DNA from: Longimicrobiales bacterium
GTDB taxonomy: Bacteria; Gemmatimonadota; Gemmatimonadetes; Longimicrobiales; Gaopeijiaceae
Length of the DNA stretch: 64,000 bases
Direction: 5' to 3'
NCBI GenBank assembly: GCA_965218295.1
Contig: CBDCKN010000009.1
Span: forward strand, 96,001 to 160,000
The position numbers were made by a program, and so were the translations under genes. Within the stretch, counting starts at the first letter, position 1. Each line of letters begins with the position of its first letter. Below the pieces are notes generated by a model. The model ran no database searches. It was not told the origin of the DNA and was given only the letters and a program-made list of their open reading frames with translations. This document shows positions 29,017-39,441 of the stretch, piece after piece.

Positions 29017-30723
29017 ATGAAGACCATCGCCTCCCATCTGGCCACGCTGCTCACGGGGGAAACCAAATTGCGCCGGCAGCTCGCGCCGTTCGTGAAATAC
29101 GTGGTCCTCGTCGTCGCGGTCGTTTTGCTCTACGGCTGGCTGTTCCACGCGATCATGGCGCGGGAAGGTCAGGACCACTCGTGGTTCACGGGAGTCTATT
29201 GGGCGCTCACCGTGATGAGCACCCTCGGCTTCGGTGATATCACGTTCGAGAGCGACCTGGGCCGCGCCTTCAGCACCATCGTGCTGCTAACCGGCATGGT
29301 GCTGCTCCTCATCATCCTCCCGTTCCTCTTCATCCGAGTTGTATACGCCCCGTGGCTCGAGCAGCGGAGCCGCGGCCGCATCCGCTCGCTCCAGTCGGTG
29401 CCGGAAGGCCTCGCGGGTCACGTGCTGATTTGCGCCAACGATCCCATTGCACTCGGGCTCATCCGCCGCCTTCAACTGGCGGACGTGCCGGTCTATGTGA
29501 TCGAGCCCGACGCCGACCTTGCGATGCACATGCAGGATGTCGGCACGCCGGTCTTCATGGGCGAAATCGACTCCGTCGAGACCTACCGAGCCGCCCGCGC
29601 GGCGCAGGCTCGCCTCGTCCTGGCCAACGCGTCGGACACGGTCAACTCCAACATTGTCCTCACCGTACGCGAGCTGTCCGAATCGGTGCCGGTCGTTGCG
29701 CTGGCCGAAGTGGAAGACTCGATCGATGTGCTGGAGCTCAGCGGCGCCACGCACGTGCTGCCCCTCACGCACCAACTCGGCGAGCACCTCGCCAATCGGG
29801 TGAGCTCGGGGACGACGCACGCCAACCTGATCGGCAAGTTCCATGACCTGCTGCTCGCCGAGTTCCCAGTGCACAACACGCCGTTCCAGGGCCGGACCAT
29901 CCGGGACACACGGTTGCGCGAGTTTACCGGGGTCACAATCGTCGGGGTGTGGGAGCGTGGGCGGTTCCTGCCCGCGAGGCCGGATCTCGAGCTGTCGTCG
30001 CTCACCGTGCCGGTCGCTATCGGCACGTCCGAGCAGATCGCGGCGCTGGACGAAGTGCTCGCGATATACGACGCCAATCCGAATCCGGTGCTCATCCTCG
30101 GCGGTGGCAAGGTGGGGCGGGCCGCCGCTGCGGCCCTCAAGCGGCGGAAGATCCCCGTGCATATGGTGGAACGGAACCCGGAACTGGAGCCGCAAATCGC
30201 GAGCATTCCCGACCGGTTGTTTCTAGGCGACGCCGCCGACCGGCGCATACTTGACGCGGCGGGGATTGCCGAGACACCGTGCGTCCTGCTCACGACGCAC
30301 GACGATGCGATGAACGTCTACCTGACGGTGTACTGCCGGCGGCTCAATCCCGAAGCGCGTATCCTCACCCGGGTCACGCACGAACGGAACGTCGAGGCCA
30401 TCCAGCGCGCCGGCGCCGACTTCGTCTTGAGCTACGCGTCATTAGGGGTGCAGACGGTATACTCGATCGTGCAGGGACGGGAGCTCGTCGTGCTGGGTGG
30501 GGACGTTGGTCTCTTCTACGTGCCGCTCCCGCCGTCGCTCGCGGACAAGACGCTCGCCGACGCGGGGATCGGCGCGCATACTGGCCTGAACGTGATCGGC
30601 GTCCAGAAGGACGGGCAGATCGTCACGAATCTGCCGCCCGACCAGCGGTTAGTTAAGGGCTCAACGCTCGTCGCCCTGGGCAGCACGGAGCAGCGGGAGC
30701 GCTTCGGCGCCGTCTACGACTAG
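29017..30723 (+). CDS. Potassium channel protein with tandem TrkA-N/TrkA-C (RCK) domains
   Basis: 2-TM pore with YWALTVMSTLGFGDI filter; Rossmann LILGGGKVG; two RCK repeats. Confidence 0.88.
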   Translation: MKTIASHLATLLTGETKLRRQLAPFVKYVVLVVAVVLLYGWLFHAIMAREGQDHSWFTGVYWALTVMSTLGFGDITFESDLGRAFSTIVLLTGMVLLLIILPFLFIRVVYAPWLEQRSRGRIRSLQSVPEGLAGHVLICANDPIALGLIRRLQLADVPVYVIEPDADLAMHMQDVGTPVFMGEIDSVETYRAARAAQARLVLANASDTVNSNIVLTVRELSESVPVVALAEVEDSIDVLELSGATHVLPLTHQLGEHLANRVSSGTTHANLIGKFHDLLLAEFPVHNTPFQGRTIRDTRLREFTGVTIVGVWERGRFLPARPDLELSSLTVPVAIGTSEQIAALDEVLAIYDANPNPVLILGGGKVGRAAAAALKRRKIPVHMVERNPELEPQIASIPDRLFLGDAADRRILDAAGIAETPCVLLTTHDDAMNVYLTVYCRRLNPEARILTRVTHERNVEAIQRAGADFVLSYASLGVQTVYSIVQGRELVVLGGDVGLFYVPLPPSLADKTLADAGIGAHTGLNVIGVQKDGQIVTNLPPDQRLVKGSTLVALGSTEQRERFGAVYD

Positions 30724-30940
30724 CCGCAGGCGGCGGCGGGTGCGCCACGCGGTTCTCGAGGGGAATTCACAACCTATCTCGTCCAAGCTGTGCCAGAAGG
30801 GGAGAGGCCCGCGTCCGCTCTGTGCGCACTGGGTCTCCACAAAGGCGAACCCACGAAGGTGACCTCCGGGCAACGAAGTGGGTCCGGATGCCACTGGCGC
30901 TTGGAAGCCGGCGCGTCCACCCATGTCCCTTCAGTATGTG

Positions 30941-31474
30941 TCACCCATGTTGTTTCCTGTTCAACGACTTGGCTGACTCAGCTTCAGCGAATCCTGCGAT
31001 GACCACCACCATTACAGCTGCGACAAGGGACTTCAGCATCCCACCCATAACAAATGGGGCGACCCCCTGCCAGAATGCGGGGATCGCCCCCAGCATCCAG
31101 GCGAGCCTCAACCACCCAAGAGCTAGAATCAGCGCATGACCGCAGATCATGACGGCAATGGCAGGGCCGAACCGGCGGAGCAGGCCGCGGTCGGCTAGTC
31201 GACCGGCCGCTGCAGCTGCCGCGACAAAGCCCAGTAGATACCCGGCGGTCGGCCCTACGAAGTGCGCCCACCCCGACCCACCTTCGGCAAAGACTGGGAC
31301 GCCGATTCCGCCGACAATGAGGTAGGCGGTCAGTGTCAGGGCGCCGTCCCGAGCGCCGAGGAGGGAGCCGACGACCAGAACGGCCAGTGATTGCGCACTC
31401 TGGGGGACGTCCGCGCCTGGGATCGTCGCAGTCGCTCTCGCAGAGAGTGCAACCACCACAACACCAACGGTCAT
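30941..31474 (-). CDS. bioY: Biotin transporter BioY (ECF S component)
   Basis: VPQSAQSLAVL, YL..GG.GVPVFA.G, GPTAGYLLGF and PF..G..LK; true start may lie slightly upstream. Confidence 0.85.
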   Translation of the reverse strand: MTVGVVVVALSARATATIPGADVPQSAQSLAVLVVGSLLGARDGALTLTAYLIVGGIGVPVFAEGGSGWAHFVGPTAGYLLGFVAAAAAAGRLADRGLLRRFGPAIAVMICGHALILALGWLRLAWMLGAIPAFWQGVAPFVMGGMLKSLVAAVMVVVIAGFAEAESAKSLNRKQHG

Positions 31475-31622
31475 CAGCGAGAGACGCCGGAGCCATCCGG
31501 TGTTCGGTGCGGTGGTGTGTGGTGGTGTTTCGATGCTCCCCCCTCAGCCCAGCAGCGGTTGGTGGGTGGCAGCCTAGTCCCAGTCCTCGGGTCGATCAAG
31601 TGGGCAAGAAAAGAGCTGAGGA

Positions 31623-31669
31623 GGACTTTTAATCCGTAGGTCGTGGGTTCGACACCCACCCGGCTCACT
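31623..31669 (+). repeat. tRNA-Lys 3'-half copy (att-site duplication)
   Basis: GGACTTTTAATCCGTAGGTCGTGGGTTCGACACCCACCCGGCTCACT; no 5' half upstream. Confidence 0.9.
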
Positions 31670-32678
31670 ACATCGCACTTCGCTGCAGCTCGGGAAAGAC
31701 CTTCGAGACCTTGCCCAGGACGTAGTCCCCGTAGGTGCCTTCGAACTCGTGCACGCTGGTATGGTCCCAGCGCTCGTCCCTATCGTCCTCCGGAAGGGGC
31801 ACACCACTCAGATCGATGGCCTCGACGTGCGTGTCGAAGCCGGGGTCGAAGAAGAAGGGGAACGAGAGCCGGCTTCGTCCGGACACGTTCTGCACCCGGT
31901 GGGGCGTGGACCGGTAGAGCCCGCGGGTCAGGCGGTCCAGCATGTCGCCAATGTTGCACACGAACGAGTTGGGCACGGGAGGGGCGTCGATCCACCGTGA
32001 CCATGTCTTGACCTGGAGCCCGCCCACGTCGTCTTGCTTTAGGATGGTCAGGACGCCGTAATCGGTGTGCTCACCGACGCCCCACTGCTCCTCTGCCTTC
32101 GGTTCCACTTTGACCGGCGGGTAGTGGAAGATGCGGAACAGGGTGAGAGGATCCGCCATGTACCGCTCCCGGAAATAGCCCGGCTCCAGGCCCAAGCTCA
32201 GGGCCATGCCCCTCATGAGCGTATGACCCAGATCCGTCAGGGCCGCCATGTACTCCAGGATCGTGTTGCCGAAGCCCGGAATCCCCGCCGGAAAGAGGTT
32301 CGGCCCATGTAGGGGGAGGCCTTCCCGCACGCGAGGATCGTCCTCACTCAGCTCGGACCCGAAGTAGAGCCCCTCCTTGACGTCGGGTTTGCCCGAGGTG
32401 AGCTCGTCGCCCACCGGGAAGTAGCCTCGCCAGGCCTTGCCAGCGAGGGCCATCCGGATCTCGAGCTTCGTCTCCAGATCCTGTGCGAAGAAGGCGTGGC
32501 CGAGCTCCTCGAGCCGCTGGTGTAGGTGCTCGCTGACGCCGTGCCCAACCACGTAGAAGAAGCCATTCTCCCGGCAGGCCTGCCCCATGCTGGCTGCCAC
32601 CGCCTCTTGGTCGCCGGCGTCGGCCACAAGGGGAGCAACGTCGATGATGGGGACCTCGGAGGTCGGGTTGCGCGTCAT
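31668..32678 (-). CDS. 2-oxoglutarate/Fe(II) dioxygenase (isopenicillin N synthase-like family)
   Basis: PIID, AC...GFFYVVGHGV, HTDYG.LTIL.QD..GGLQV, NIGDML, ST.HRV and RLS.PFF; GGAGG RBS before ATG 32678. Confidence 0.9.
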   Translation of the reverse strand: MTRNPTSEVPIIDVAPLVADAGDQEAVAASMGQACRENGFFYVVGHGVSEHLHQRLEELGHAFFAQDLETKLEIRMALAGKAWRGYFPVGDELTSGKPDVKEGLYFGSELSEDDPRVREGLPLHGPNLFPAGIPGFGNTILEYMAALTDLGHTLMRGMALSLGLEPGYFRERYMADPLTLFRIFHYPPVKVEPKAEEQWGVGEHTDYGVLTILKQDDVGGLQVKTWSRWIDAPPVPNSFVCNIGDMLDRLTRGLYRSTPHRVQNVSGRSRLSFPFFFDPGFDTHVEAIDLSGVPLPEDDRDERWDHTSVHEFEGTYGDYVLGKVSKVFPELQRSAM

Positions 32679-32840
32679 GGATGCCTCCAGGTGGCGGGGC
32701 GGTCGTCGTCCGGCTAAGGCGGGGTCGGAGAGTTCTGAGACCCGCCGGAGCCGGAAGGACCACCGTAGGTCAGGACCGCCGGGCGAGCAAGGAGGCGGCC
32801 GCTTCTTCCAGATGTGTCCGATGCCCTCTACGTTCCCGGC

Positions 32841-33113
32841 ATGACTAGGAAGCTCTTCACGATAGACGAATACGTGCGCTGGTCCGACGTGGACCCCGCG
32901 GGGATCATCTTCTATGGGGCGTACGTCCGATTCTTCGAGATCGCCGAGACGGAGCTGTTTCGCTCCGCCGGCCTTCCATACGGCCAGGTGTTCGACCGCT
33001 TCGACGTGTGGCTGCCGCGCGTGCATCTCGAGTGCGACTTCAAGTATCCGGCGCGGCTTGATGACCGGCTCCGTGTGGTGGCGATTCACTGCTCGGATCC
33101 GTCCGGACCGTAG
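32841..33113 (+). pseudogene. Acyl-CoA thioesterase (4HBT/YbgC family), C-terminally truncated
   Basis: VRWSDVDPAGIIFYGAY.RFFE and [11 protein letters not shown], then similarity lost after ~80 aa. Confidence 0.75.
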
Positions 33114-33265
33114 GATTCCCCCTGAAGTTCTCGGAGACGACCGGATCCGTTCGCCGGGGTGCCCCGGTCCTGGGCGAGCACACGCGGGAGGTGCTAGGGG
33201 AGCTGGGCTACACCGACGAGCAGGCGGAGGATCTCGTTCGGAGTGGGGCAGCCCTCTGCCGTTGA
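33086..33265 (+). pseudogene. C-terminal remnant of a class III (CaiB/BaiF) CoA-transferase
   Basis: Manual translation [44 protein letters not shown]...*; no start codon. Confidence 0.75.
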
Positions 33266-33390
33266 CAGATATTACTGTGGCCGTAGTCAGCCTGGCGCCG
33301 AACCCGAAGTCCCCGAAGATTACCTCCTTCGCCCCAGTCGCCCCGGCGGTCTTCTCGATGTCGCCGGGGGGCATCGCCTAGGAGGGCCAG

Positions 33391-35124
33391 ATGCGCGAGT
33401 ACACTCGAGGAGAGTTCCTGGGAATCGGAGCCGTGCTCGCCACGGGCTTCGGCATCGGGGATTGGGAGCTGGGTGACGCTCGTCTCAGGGCGCCGGGCAC
33501 CCCCGTGGCGTCCAGCCCGGGGCCCATCCAGGCATCGGGGAGCGTAGCCCCCGACCTGGTCGTCGTGAACGCCAGGGTCTATACCGTCGACGATGCGCTT
33601 CCCCGCGCCGAGGCGTTCGCCGTCAAGGACGGGCGCTTCATCGCCGTCGGGAGCACCAGCGACATCCGTAACCTGGTGGAGAGCGGGACCGAGGTCATCG
33701 ATGCCGGCGGGATGACGGTCACGCCGGGCTTCATCGACGCTCACATGCACCCCGCCTCGGGCGGAATCCGTGAGCTGACACAGGTGAACCTCGACGCGCG
33801 CAGCATGGCCGAGATCGGCGAACGTCTCCGGGCCGCGGCCACACAGAAGCCGGCCGGCGAGTGGATCGTCTGCTTCAAGTACGATGACACCAAGATCCGA
33901 GAAAGTCGGAGGATCACCCGGAGGGACCTGGACGGGTGGGTCCCGGATCACCCGGTGCGGGTCAGTCACCGTGGCGGCCACATCGCCTGGTACAACAGCA
34001 AGGCGTTCGAGCTGGCGGGCGTCACGGCTCAGACCGAGTCGCCGGCGGGCGGCCACATCTACGTCGAGAACGGAGAGCTGACGGGCCTGATGGCCGAGCG
34101 CGCCAACGGCTTGTTCAACGGGCTGATCCCGTCGGGCTCGACGCGTGAGCAGCGTCAGGCCGGCGTCAAGCTGATCGCGGAGATGGTCACCGCAGCCGGG
34201 CTCACGTCGCTCCACGACGCGGGCTGCGGCACGGGCTCCGCCGTCGCCTATCAGGACGCGTACCATGCGGGAGAGCTCCGCTGCCGAATCTACATGATGA
34301 CCCGGGGGGGCATGTTCGAGGGCCTGAAGGCGGCAGGCGCCTACACGGGTCTTGGCGACGAGTGGCTTCGAATCGGCGGCGTGAAGTTCGGCGCCGACGG
34401 CTCGGCATCTGGGCGCACGATGGCCATGAGCACGCCCTACGTGGGACGGCCGGACGACTACGGGATCTTGACGATGACCCAGGAGGAGATCCACGAGGCG
34501 GTAGAAGACGCGCACCGCCACGACTTCCAGGTCGGGATCCACGCCAACGGTGACCTGGCCATCGACATGGTGCTGAACGCTTACGAGCGCGTGCAGCGGA
34601 TGTGGCCGCGCAACGATCCGCGGCACCGGCTCGAGCACTGTTCCCTGGTGAACCCGGATCTGTTGCGGCGCATCAAGGCCACTGGATCCGTTCCCACGCC
34701 GTTCTGGACGTACGTCCATTACCACGGGAACAAATGGGTCGAGTACGGCGAGGAGAAGATGCGCTGGATGTTCGCGCATCGCTCCTTCCTGGACTACGAC
34801 ATTCCGGTGGCCGGGGCGTCCGACTACGTGCCCGGCCCCTACGAGCCCCTGATGGCCATCCAGAGCATGGTGACCCGCACGGACTTCGACGGGCGTGCGT
34901 GGGGTCCCAACCAGCGGATCACCGTGGACGAAGCCCTCCGCATCGGGACCATCAACGGGGCCAAGGCCGGGTTCGAAGAGGACATCAAAGGCTCCATCAC
35001 GGCAGGGAAGCTGGCGGACTTCGTGATCCTGGCGGAGGACCCGCACGAGGTCGATCCCGAGAGCATCAAGAAGATCCAGATCGCGAGGACGGTCGTCGGC
35101 GGCCAGTCCATGTACTCGGGCTAG
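33391..35124 (+). CDS. Exported amidohydrolase (YtcJ/Amidohydro_3 family)
   Basis: PGFIDAHMH, GGHIAWYNSKA, KFGADGS, IHANGD, RLEHCS, GASD and GSITAGKLADFVIL; Tat-like leader TRGEFL. Confidence 0.9.
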   Translation: MREYTRGEFLGIGAVLATGFGIGDWELGDARLRAPGTPVASSPGPIQASGSVAPDLVVVNARVYTVDDALPRAEAFAVKDGRFIAVGSTSDIRNLVESGTEVIDAGGMTVTPGFIDAHMHPASGGIRELTQVNLDARSMAEIGERLRAAATQKPAGEWIVCFKYDDTKIRESRRITRRDLDGWVPDHPVRVSHRGGHIAWYNSKAFELAGVTAQTESPAGGHIYVENGELTGLMAERANGLFNGLIPSGSTREQRQAGVKLIAEMVTAAGLTSLHDAGCGTGSAVAYQDAYHAGELRCRIYMMTRGGMFEGLKAAGAYTGLGDEWLRIGGVKFGADGSASGRTMAMSTPYVGRPDDYGILTMTQEEIHEAVEDAHRHDFQVGIHANGDLAIDMVLNAYERVQRMWPRNDPRHRLEHCSLVNPDLLRRIKATGSVPTPFWTYVHYHGNKWVEYGEEKMRWMFAHRSFLDYDIPVAGASDYVPGPYEPLMAIQSMVTRTDFDGRAWGPNQRITVDEALRIGTINGAKAGFEEDIKGSITAGKLADFVILAEDPHEVDPESIKKIQIARTVVGGQSMYSG

Positions 35125-35284
35125 GGTCGAGCGACGACGTCCTGAATCTGGTGGGGCTCACAGATCGGGAGGTCTGGGCGCCGCTGGTAGGTGCTTAGGA
35201 AAATCCTAGAATTTCCTGGACCCCGGGGCCGGCGCCCCCTAGCTTCTCAGTCCTTCCCCGCGCACCCACTCAAAGGAGCGAGTC

Positions 35285-35866
35285 ATGAGGCGCATCCTGG
35301 AGGCCGGCCTACTCGCCGGAGTCGCGGTCGTTCTTGCGGGCCAGCCGGCCTTGGCGCAGGACGGCCACCTCGCACAAGCCACACAGCATACCCAGGAGGC
35401 CATCCGCCATGGCGAAATGGGGCATGCCTCCGTGGTCGTCCAGCATGCCACGCTGGCCCTCACCCACGCCCAGCTGGCGGTGGAGGAGTTGGCAACCCCC
35501 CATGCGTCGGCGGCCGTGGCGAGCCTGAATGAGGCGATCGATCACGGCAACATGGACCACGCCGGAATCGCGACCGGCAAGGCCAACGAGGCGCTCACCC
35601 ACCTCGAGGTCGCCAGCCACGTGGCCTTGGCGATGCAGGCTGGCAAGGAGGCGATCCGACACGGTGGGATGGGTCACGCCTCAGTGCTGGCCGATCACGC
35701 CGAGCAGGCGTTGGCTCACGCCGAGGCGGCCCTGAAGGTGATGGACGATCGGCATATCCAGATGGCCATCGACGGTTTCAAGGGCGCCATCAATCACGCC
35801 GGGATGGGGCACGCCGACATCGCCACGGAGCAGGCAGAGGGGGCCATGAGGCACTTTACGATGTAG
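35285..35866 (+). CDS. Small metal-binding protein SmbP family, two tandem domains
   Basis: Signal peptide (PALA|Q); repeated H..EAI.HG..GH heptads; pattern occurs twice. Confidence 0.78.
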   Translation: MRRILEAGLLAGVAVVLAGQPALAQDGHLAQATQHTQEAIRHGEMGHASVVVQHATLALTHAQLAVEELATPHASAAVASLNEAIDHGNMDHAGIATGKANEALTHLEVASHVALAMQAGKEAIRHGGMGHASVLADHAEQALAHAEAALKVMDDRHIQMAIDGFKGAINHAGMGHADIATEQAEGAMRHFTM

Positions 35867-35945
35867 CGGCTTCGGCGAGTGAGGTCGTGCTCCTCGGTGG
35901 CGGTTCGGAGGAGAGTGTAACGACGAGACCGCAACCGGCTCACCA

Positions 35946-35972
35946 GGGAGGCCCCGCGCGACGGGGCCTCCC
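35946..35972. terminator. GC-rich hairpin after the SmbP-like gene
   Basis: GGGAGGCCCCG-CGCGA-CGGGGCCTCCC; weak T-tract. Confidence 0.5.
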
Positions 35973-36337
35973 AGTGTCTTGGGACGGTCCACGAGGGCAT
36001 TGAGACACAACCGCCTCTCCATCCTCCGGGAAGCTACTCTCGGCTCCTCCCATCATCTTTGACAAACCCGTATCGCTCGCCAGAGGAGTCACCCGGACCG
36101 TATCGACTCGGCTCCGGCGCATCTCGGGAGCCTCGGCCGTTGCCGGCTCCGGCGAGTCGCCCCCTGCATCGCCGTCGCTGTCGCCTGAGCAGGAGGAGAG
36201 AAGAAAAGCCACGGCGGGCAACGTAGAGGGGCAACTTTGTCGGCCCTCTAAGGTACGACGAGCACGCGTCATGAGACGAACGGACGCTTCCACGCTGATC
36301 CTTGATGGGGCCCGCCAGGGCTGGGGATAGGGAATTC

Positions 36338-38639
36338 ATGACGGTTTTTTTTGAAGACGTTCGGTACGCGCTCCGCTCATTCTACAAGCGCCCCGGATTT
36401 ACCGCGGCCATCCTGCTCACTCTCGGGCTCGGGATCGGCAGCAACGTGGCGATCTTCAGCGTCGCCAACGCTGTCCTCTTCAGGCCGCTCCCTTATTCGA
36501 ATCCCGAGGAGCTGGTGCTGGTGTGGAACCGCTTGCTTGCCACCGACGTTCCCCGGGCTCTCGTCTCGGGCCCTGATTTTCTCGACTATCGGAGCGAGTC
36601 GACGTCGTTCGAGGGCCTCGCTGGCGCCTTCGCCGTTGCCGGCACCCTCACCGGCGAGGGGCGTGCCGAACAGGTCATGAGTGCATGGATCACGCCGAAC
36701 CTATTCCAGGTCCTCGGGGTGGCACCCATGCTCGGCCGCGACTTCGAGGTGGAGGATGAGGCCCCGGTCGATTTTGAGCTCTTCATGGATCCCACCGCAG
36801 ATGTGCCGCCGGGGGTCGTCATCCTCAGCTACGGTCTCTGGCAACGACGCTTCGGGAGCGACCCCGGCGTGCTGGGCCGAACCGTCCAGATGGACGGCCA
36901 GGGCTCGGTCATCGTGGGGGTTCTGCGTCCGGACTTCCGCATCTACCTACCTGCGGATGCCGGCATGCCCACGGATATCGACACATGGCGCGTCATCCCG
37001 AGCAATCTGGCAGCGGACTTTCCCCGTGACGCGGGGTGGCTCACGGTAGTGGCCCGCTTGCAAACGGGTGTCACACCGGAGCGGGTACAGCAGGAGATGG
37101 ACGCGCTGGCGTTGCGGTTGCGAGAGCAGTATCAGGACCACGCCAACACGAACATGCACATCATTGTGAACTCGATGCATCGAGACGTGGTGGACCACGC
37201 TCGTCCGGTGCTCCTCGCCTTGTTGATCGCCGCGGGCTTCGTGTTGCTCATCGCCTGCAGCAACGTTGCGAACCTGTTGTTGGTGCGTGCGACCTCCCGG
37301 GGCAGGGAGATCGCGGTGCGGGCCGCACTGGGGGGCGGGCGTGGCCGGATCATCCGGCAGATGCTGACGGAGAGTGGTGTGCTGGCCACGGCCGGCGCCC
37401 TGCTGGGCCTCCTCCTTGCGTGGTGGGGCATTCGCGTCCTCGTAGCCATGCGGCCGGGTAGCCTGCCCCGACTCGAGAGCGTGGAGATCGACGGAACCGT
37501 GTTGCTCTTCACGGCGGGTGCCGCGGTCTTGGCGGCGCTCGTCTTCGGTGCGGCGCCGGCCCTTCATGCGGCCAGCACCGACCTTGCCGATGCCCTGAAG
37601 GAGAGGTCAACCCGATGCACGGGCGGACTTCGTCAATCGGCTGAGAGGACGGCTGGAGAACCTGCCGGCCGTGGAAGAGGTGGGCGGTGTCACGCCGCTT
37701 CCGTTGGCAGGAGGCGACCAGTACTCGGTGGGCTCCTACGGGCGCGAAGATGCCATCACCGAGGAGTACAGCAGCAACAAGGCGGACTACCGCGCGGTCA
37801 TGCCGGGGTACATGGCAGCCATGAAGATCCGGCTTCTGGCTGGGCGAACCCTGCTCGTCTCCGACAACGAGCTGGGCGCCCTGCAAGTGGCGGTCGTGGA
37901 TGAGAAGCTCGCGGATCGCCTCTGGCCCGATGAGGATCCCATCGGGCAGCAGCTCCTGCTGGACCACTTCAGCGTCGAGTCGTTCGGCGTGGAACAGACG
38001 CCGGTGCGCGTGGTGGGGGTGGTGGGGAACGTGCGGTCAGAGAGTCTCGCCGTCGATAGCCGCGAAACGGTGTATGTCCCGTACCGGTTCCAACCTTTTC
38101 TACCTCTGACTGTGACGGTACGTGGAACCGTCAATCCCACCGAGATCCTCCCGCTCCTGAGGAGCGAGGTCTCCGCCATGGACCCCGACGTGCCGGTTGC
38201 CGACGTACGCTTCATGGACGAATACGTGGATGAGGCGATGGCACAGACGCGGTTCACGCTCACGCTCATCGCCGTGTTCGCCGCGCTCGCCCTCGTCCTG
38301 GCATCCCTGGGGCTCTACGGCGTCATCTCCTACTCGGTGCGTCAGCGAACTCGGGAGATCGGCGTGCGCATCACGTTCGGTGCAAGCGAGAGAGACGTGG
38401 TGAGGCTCGTGTTGAAACAGGGCATGGCCGTCGCTCTGCTCGGGGTCAGCGTCGGCCTGCTTGCCGCGTTCATCCTGACGCGCTTGGTGGCGAGCCTTCT
38501 GGTCGGAGTCACAGCCACCGACCCCCTTACCTTCGCGGGAATCCCGGCGATTCTTCTGGTGGTCAGCTTGATCGCCAGCTACCTGCCGGCGCGTCGGGCC
38601 ATAAGCGTGGATCCGGTGCAGGCGCTCCGAGACGAGTAG
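36338..38639 (+). pseudogene. ADOP/MacB-type duplicated ABC permease with an internal deletion and frameshift near 37609
   Basis: DVRYALR...PGF, LLIACSNVANLLL...REIAVRAALG in the first frame; second frame resumes PDARADFV...GLYGVISYSVRQRTREIGVR; the usual central LVV.E.ALS..LL..AGL...DPGF segment is absent. Confidence 0.78.
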
Positions 38640-38797
38640 GGGCCGTCGGCGCCGACCCTGTGGAAGTCTGTGGGCGTCGCTATCGTTGCCGGCCCGGAGG
38701 TCAGGGCGGGGGGTTAGACCCGCCCGGCGTACGTATCTCTTGAGTCAGATCGTACGTATTGGCTCACTGGGCTCCGTGTCGGGAGTGCCGGCCTTCC

Positions 38798-39370
38798 CTA
38801 TCCGTTGTACACCAGCCCACCGCGCTGTCCGTACTCCTCCAACACCTGGCTGGCCTCGGCCCGCATCACGCCGCGCACGAACTCGATCCCCCGCTCTTCC
38901 ATGTACTCGTGTGAGCGCGTGAATACGGGCCCCTCGTCGAACGAAAGCCGCTTCGCGTCCTTGTGGCTGGCACCGGTGACGACCCGCTCGACGCCGGCCC
39001 AGAGAATGGCGGCGAAGCACATGGCGCAGGGGTCGCACGAGGAGACCAGCTCGTGGGCCGGCATACCCTCCACTCCGAGGGTGAACGAGCCCAGGGCCGC
39101 CTGGGCCAGCATGAAGGCGACGATCTCGGCGTGGAGCACGGAGTTGTTCAGGGGCACGACCTGGTTCACGCCCACGGCGACCAGTCTTCCGCTCTCCCGC
39201 TCGAACACAGCGGCCCCAAAGGGCCCCCCGGTGCTCCGGAGGATGTTCTCGCGGGACAGATCGATGACGACCCTCATCTTGTCTTCGTCCGACGCGTATC
39301 GCCGGTCCCAATCGACGATCTCGCGGGTCCAATCCGGCACGCCGATGCGCACTTCAGGGGGGTTGCTCAT
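38798..39370 (-). CDS. Cytidine-deaminase-fold nucleoside/nucleobase deaminase (probable guanine deaminase)
   Basis: GGPFGAAV, HAE and PCAMC; adjacent to purine catabolism genes. Confidence 0.8.
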   Translation of the reverse strand: MSNPPEVRIGVPDWTREIVDWDRRYASDEDKMRVVIDLSRENILRSTGGPFGAAVFERESGRLVAVGVNQVVPLNNSVLHAEIVAFMLAQAALGSFTLGVEGMPAHELVSSCDPCAMCFAAILWAGVERVVTGASHKDAKRLSFDEGPVFTRSHEYMEERGIEFVRGVMRAEASQVLEEYGQRGGLVYNG

Positions 39371-39441
39371 GGCCTCTCGAGTGGGAGGGGTCTGTTGGAA
39401 TCTATAGCTGCTCCGCCGCCCTCGGCATATCCTTCGCTTCG

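Larger units (their letters stand above)
28776..31669. mobile_element. 2.8-kb tRNA-Lys-integrated islet without an integrase
   Basis: 47-bp direct repeats at 28776-28822 and 31623-31669 (43/47 identical) flank the K+ channel and bioY genes. Confidence 0.75.

Noticed and set aside
31600..31669. Second functional tRNA-Lys
   Set aside because: Only the anticodon loop to 3' end is present; no D-arm or 5' acceptor strand
35940..36293. Small lipoprotein ORF (LLSSC)
   Set aside because: Weak signal peptide, no clear RBS, and it runs through a hairpin; may be a remnant, not supportable as a gene
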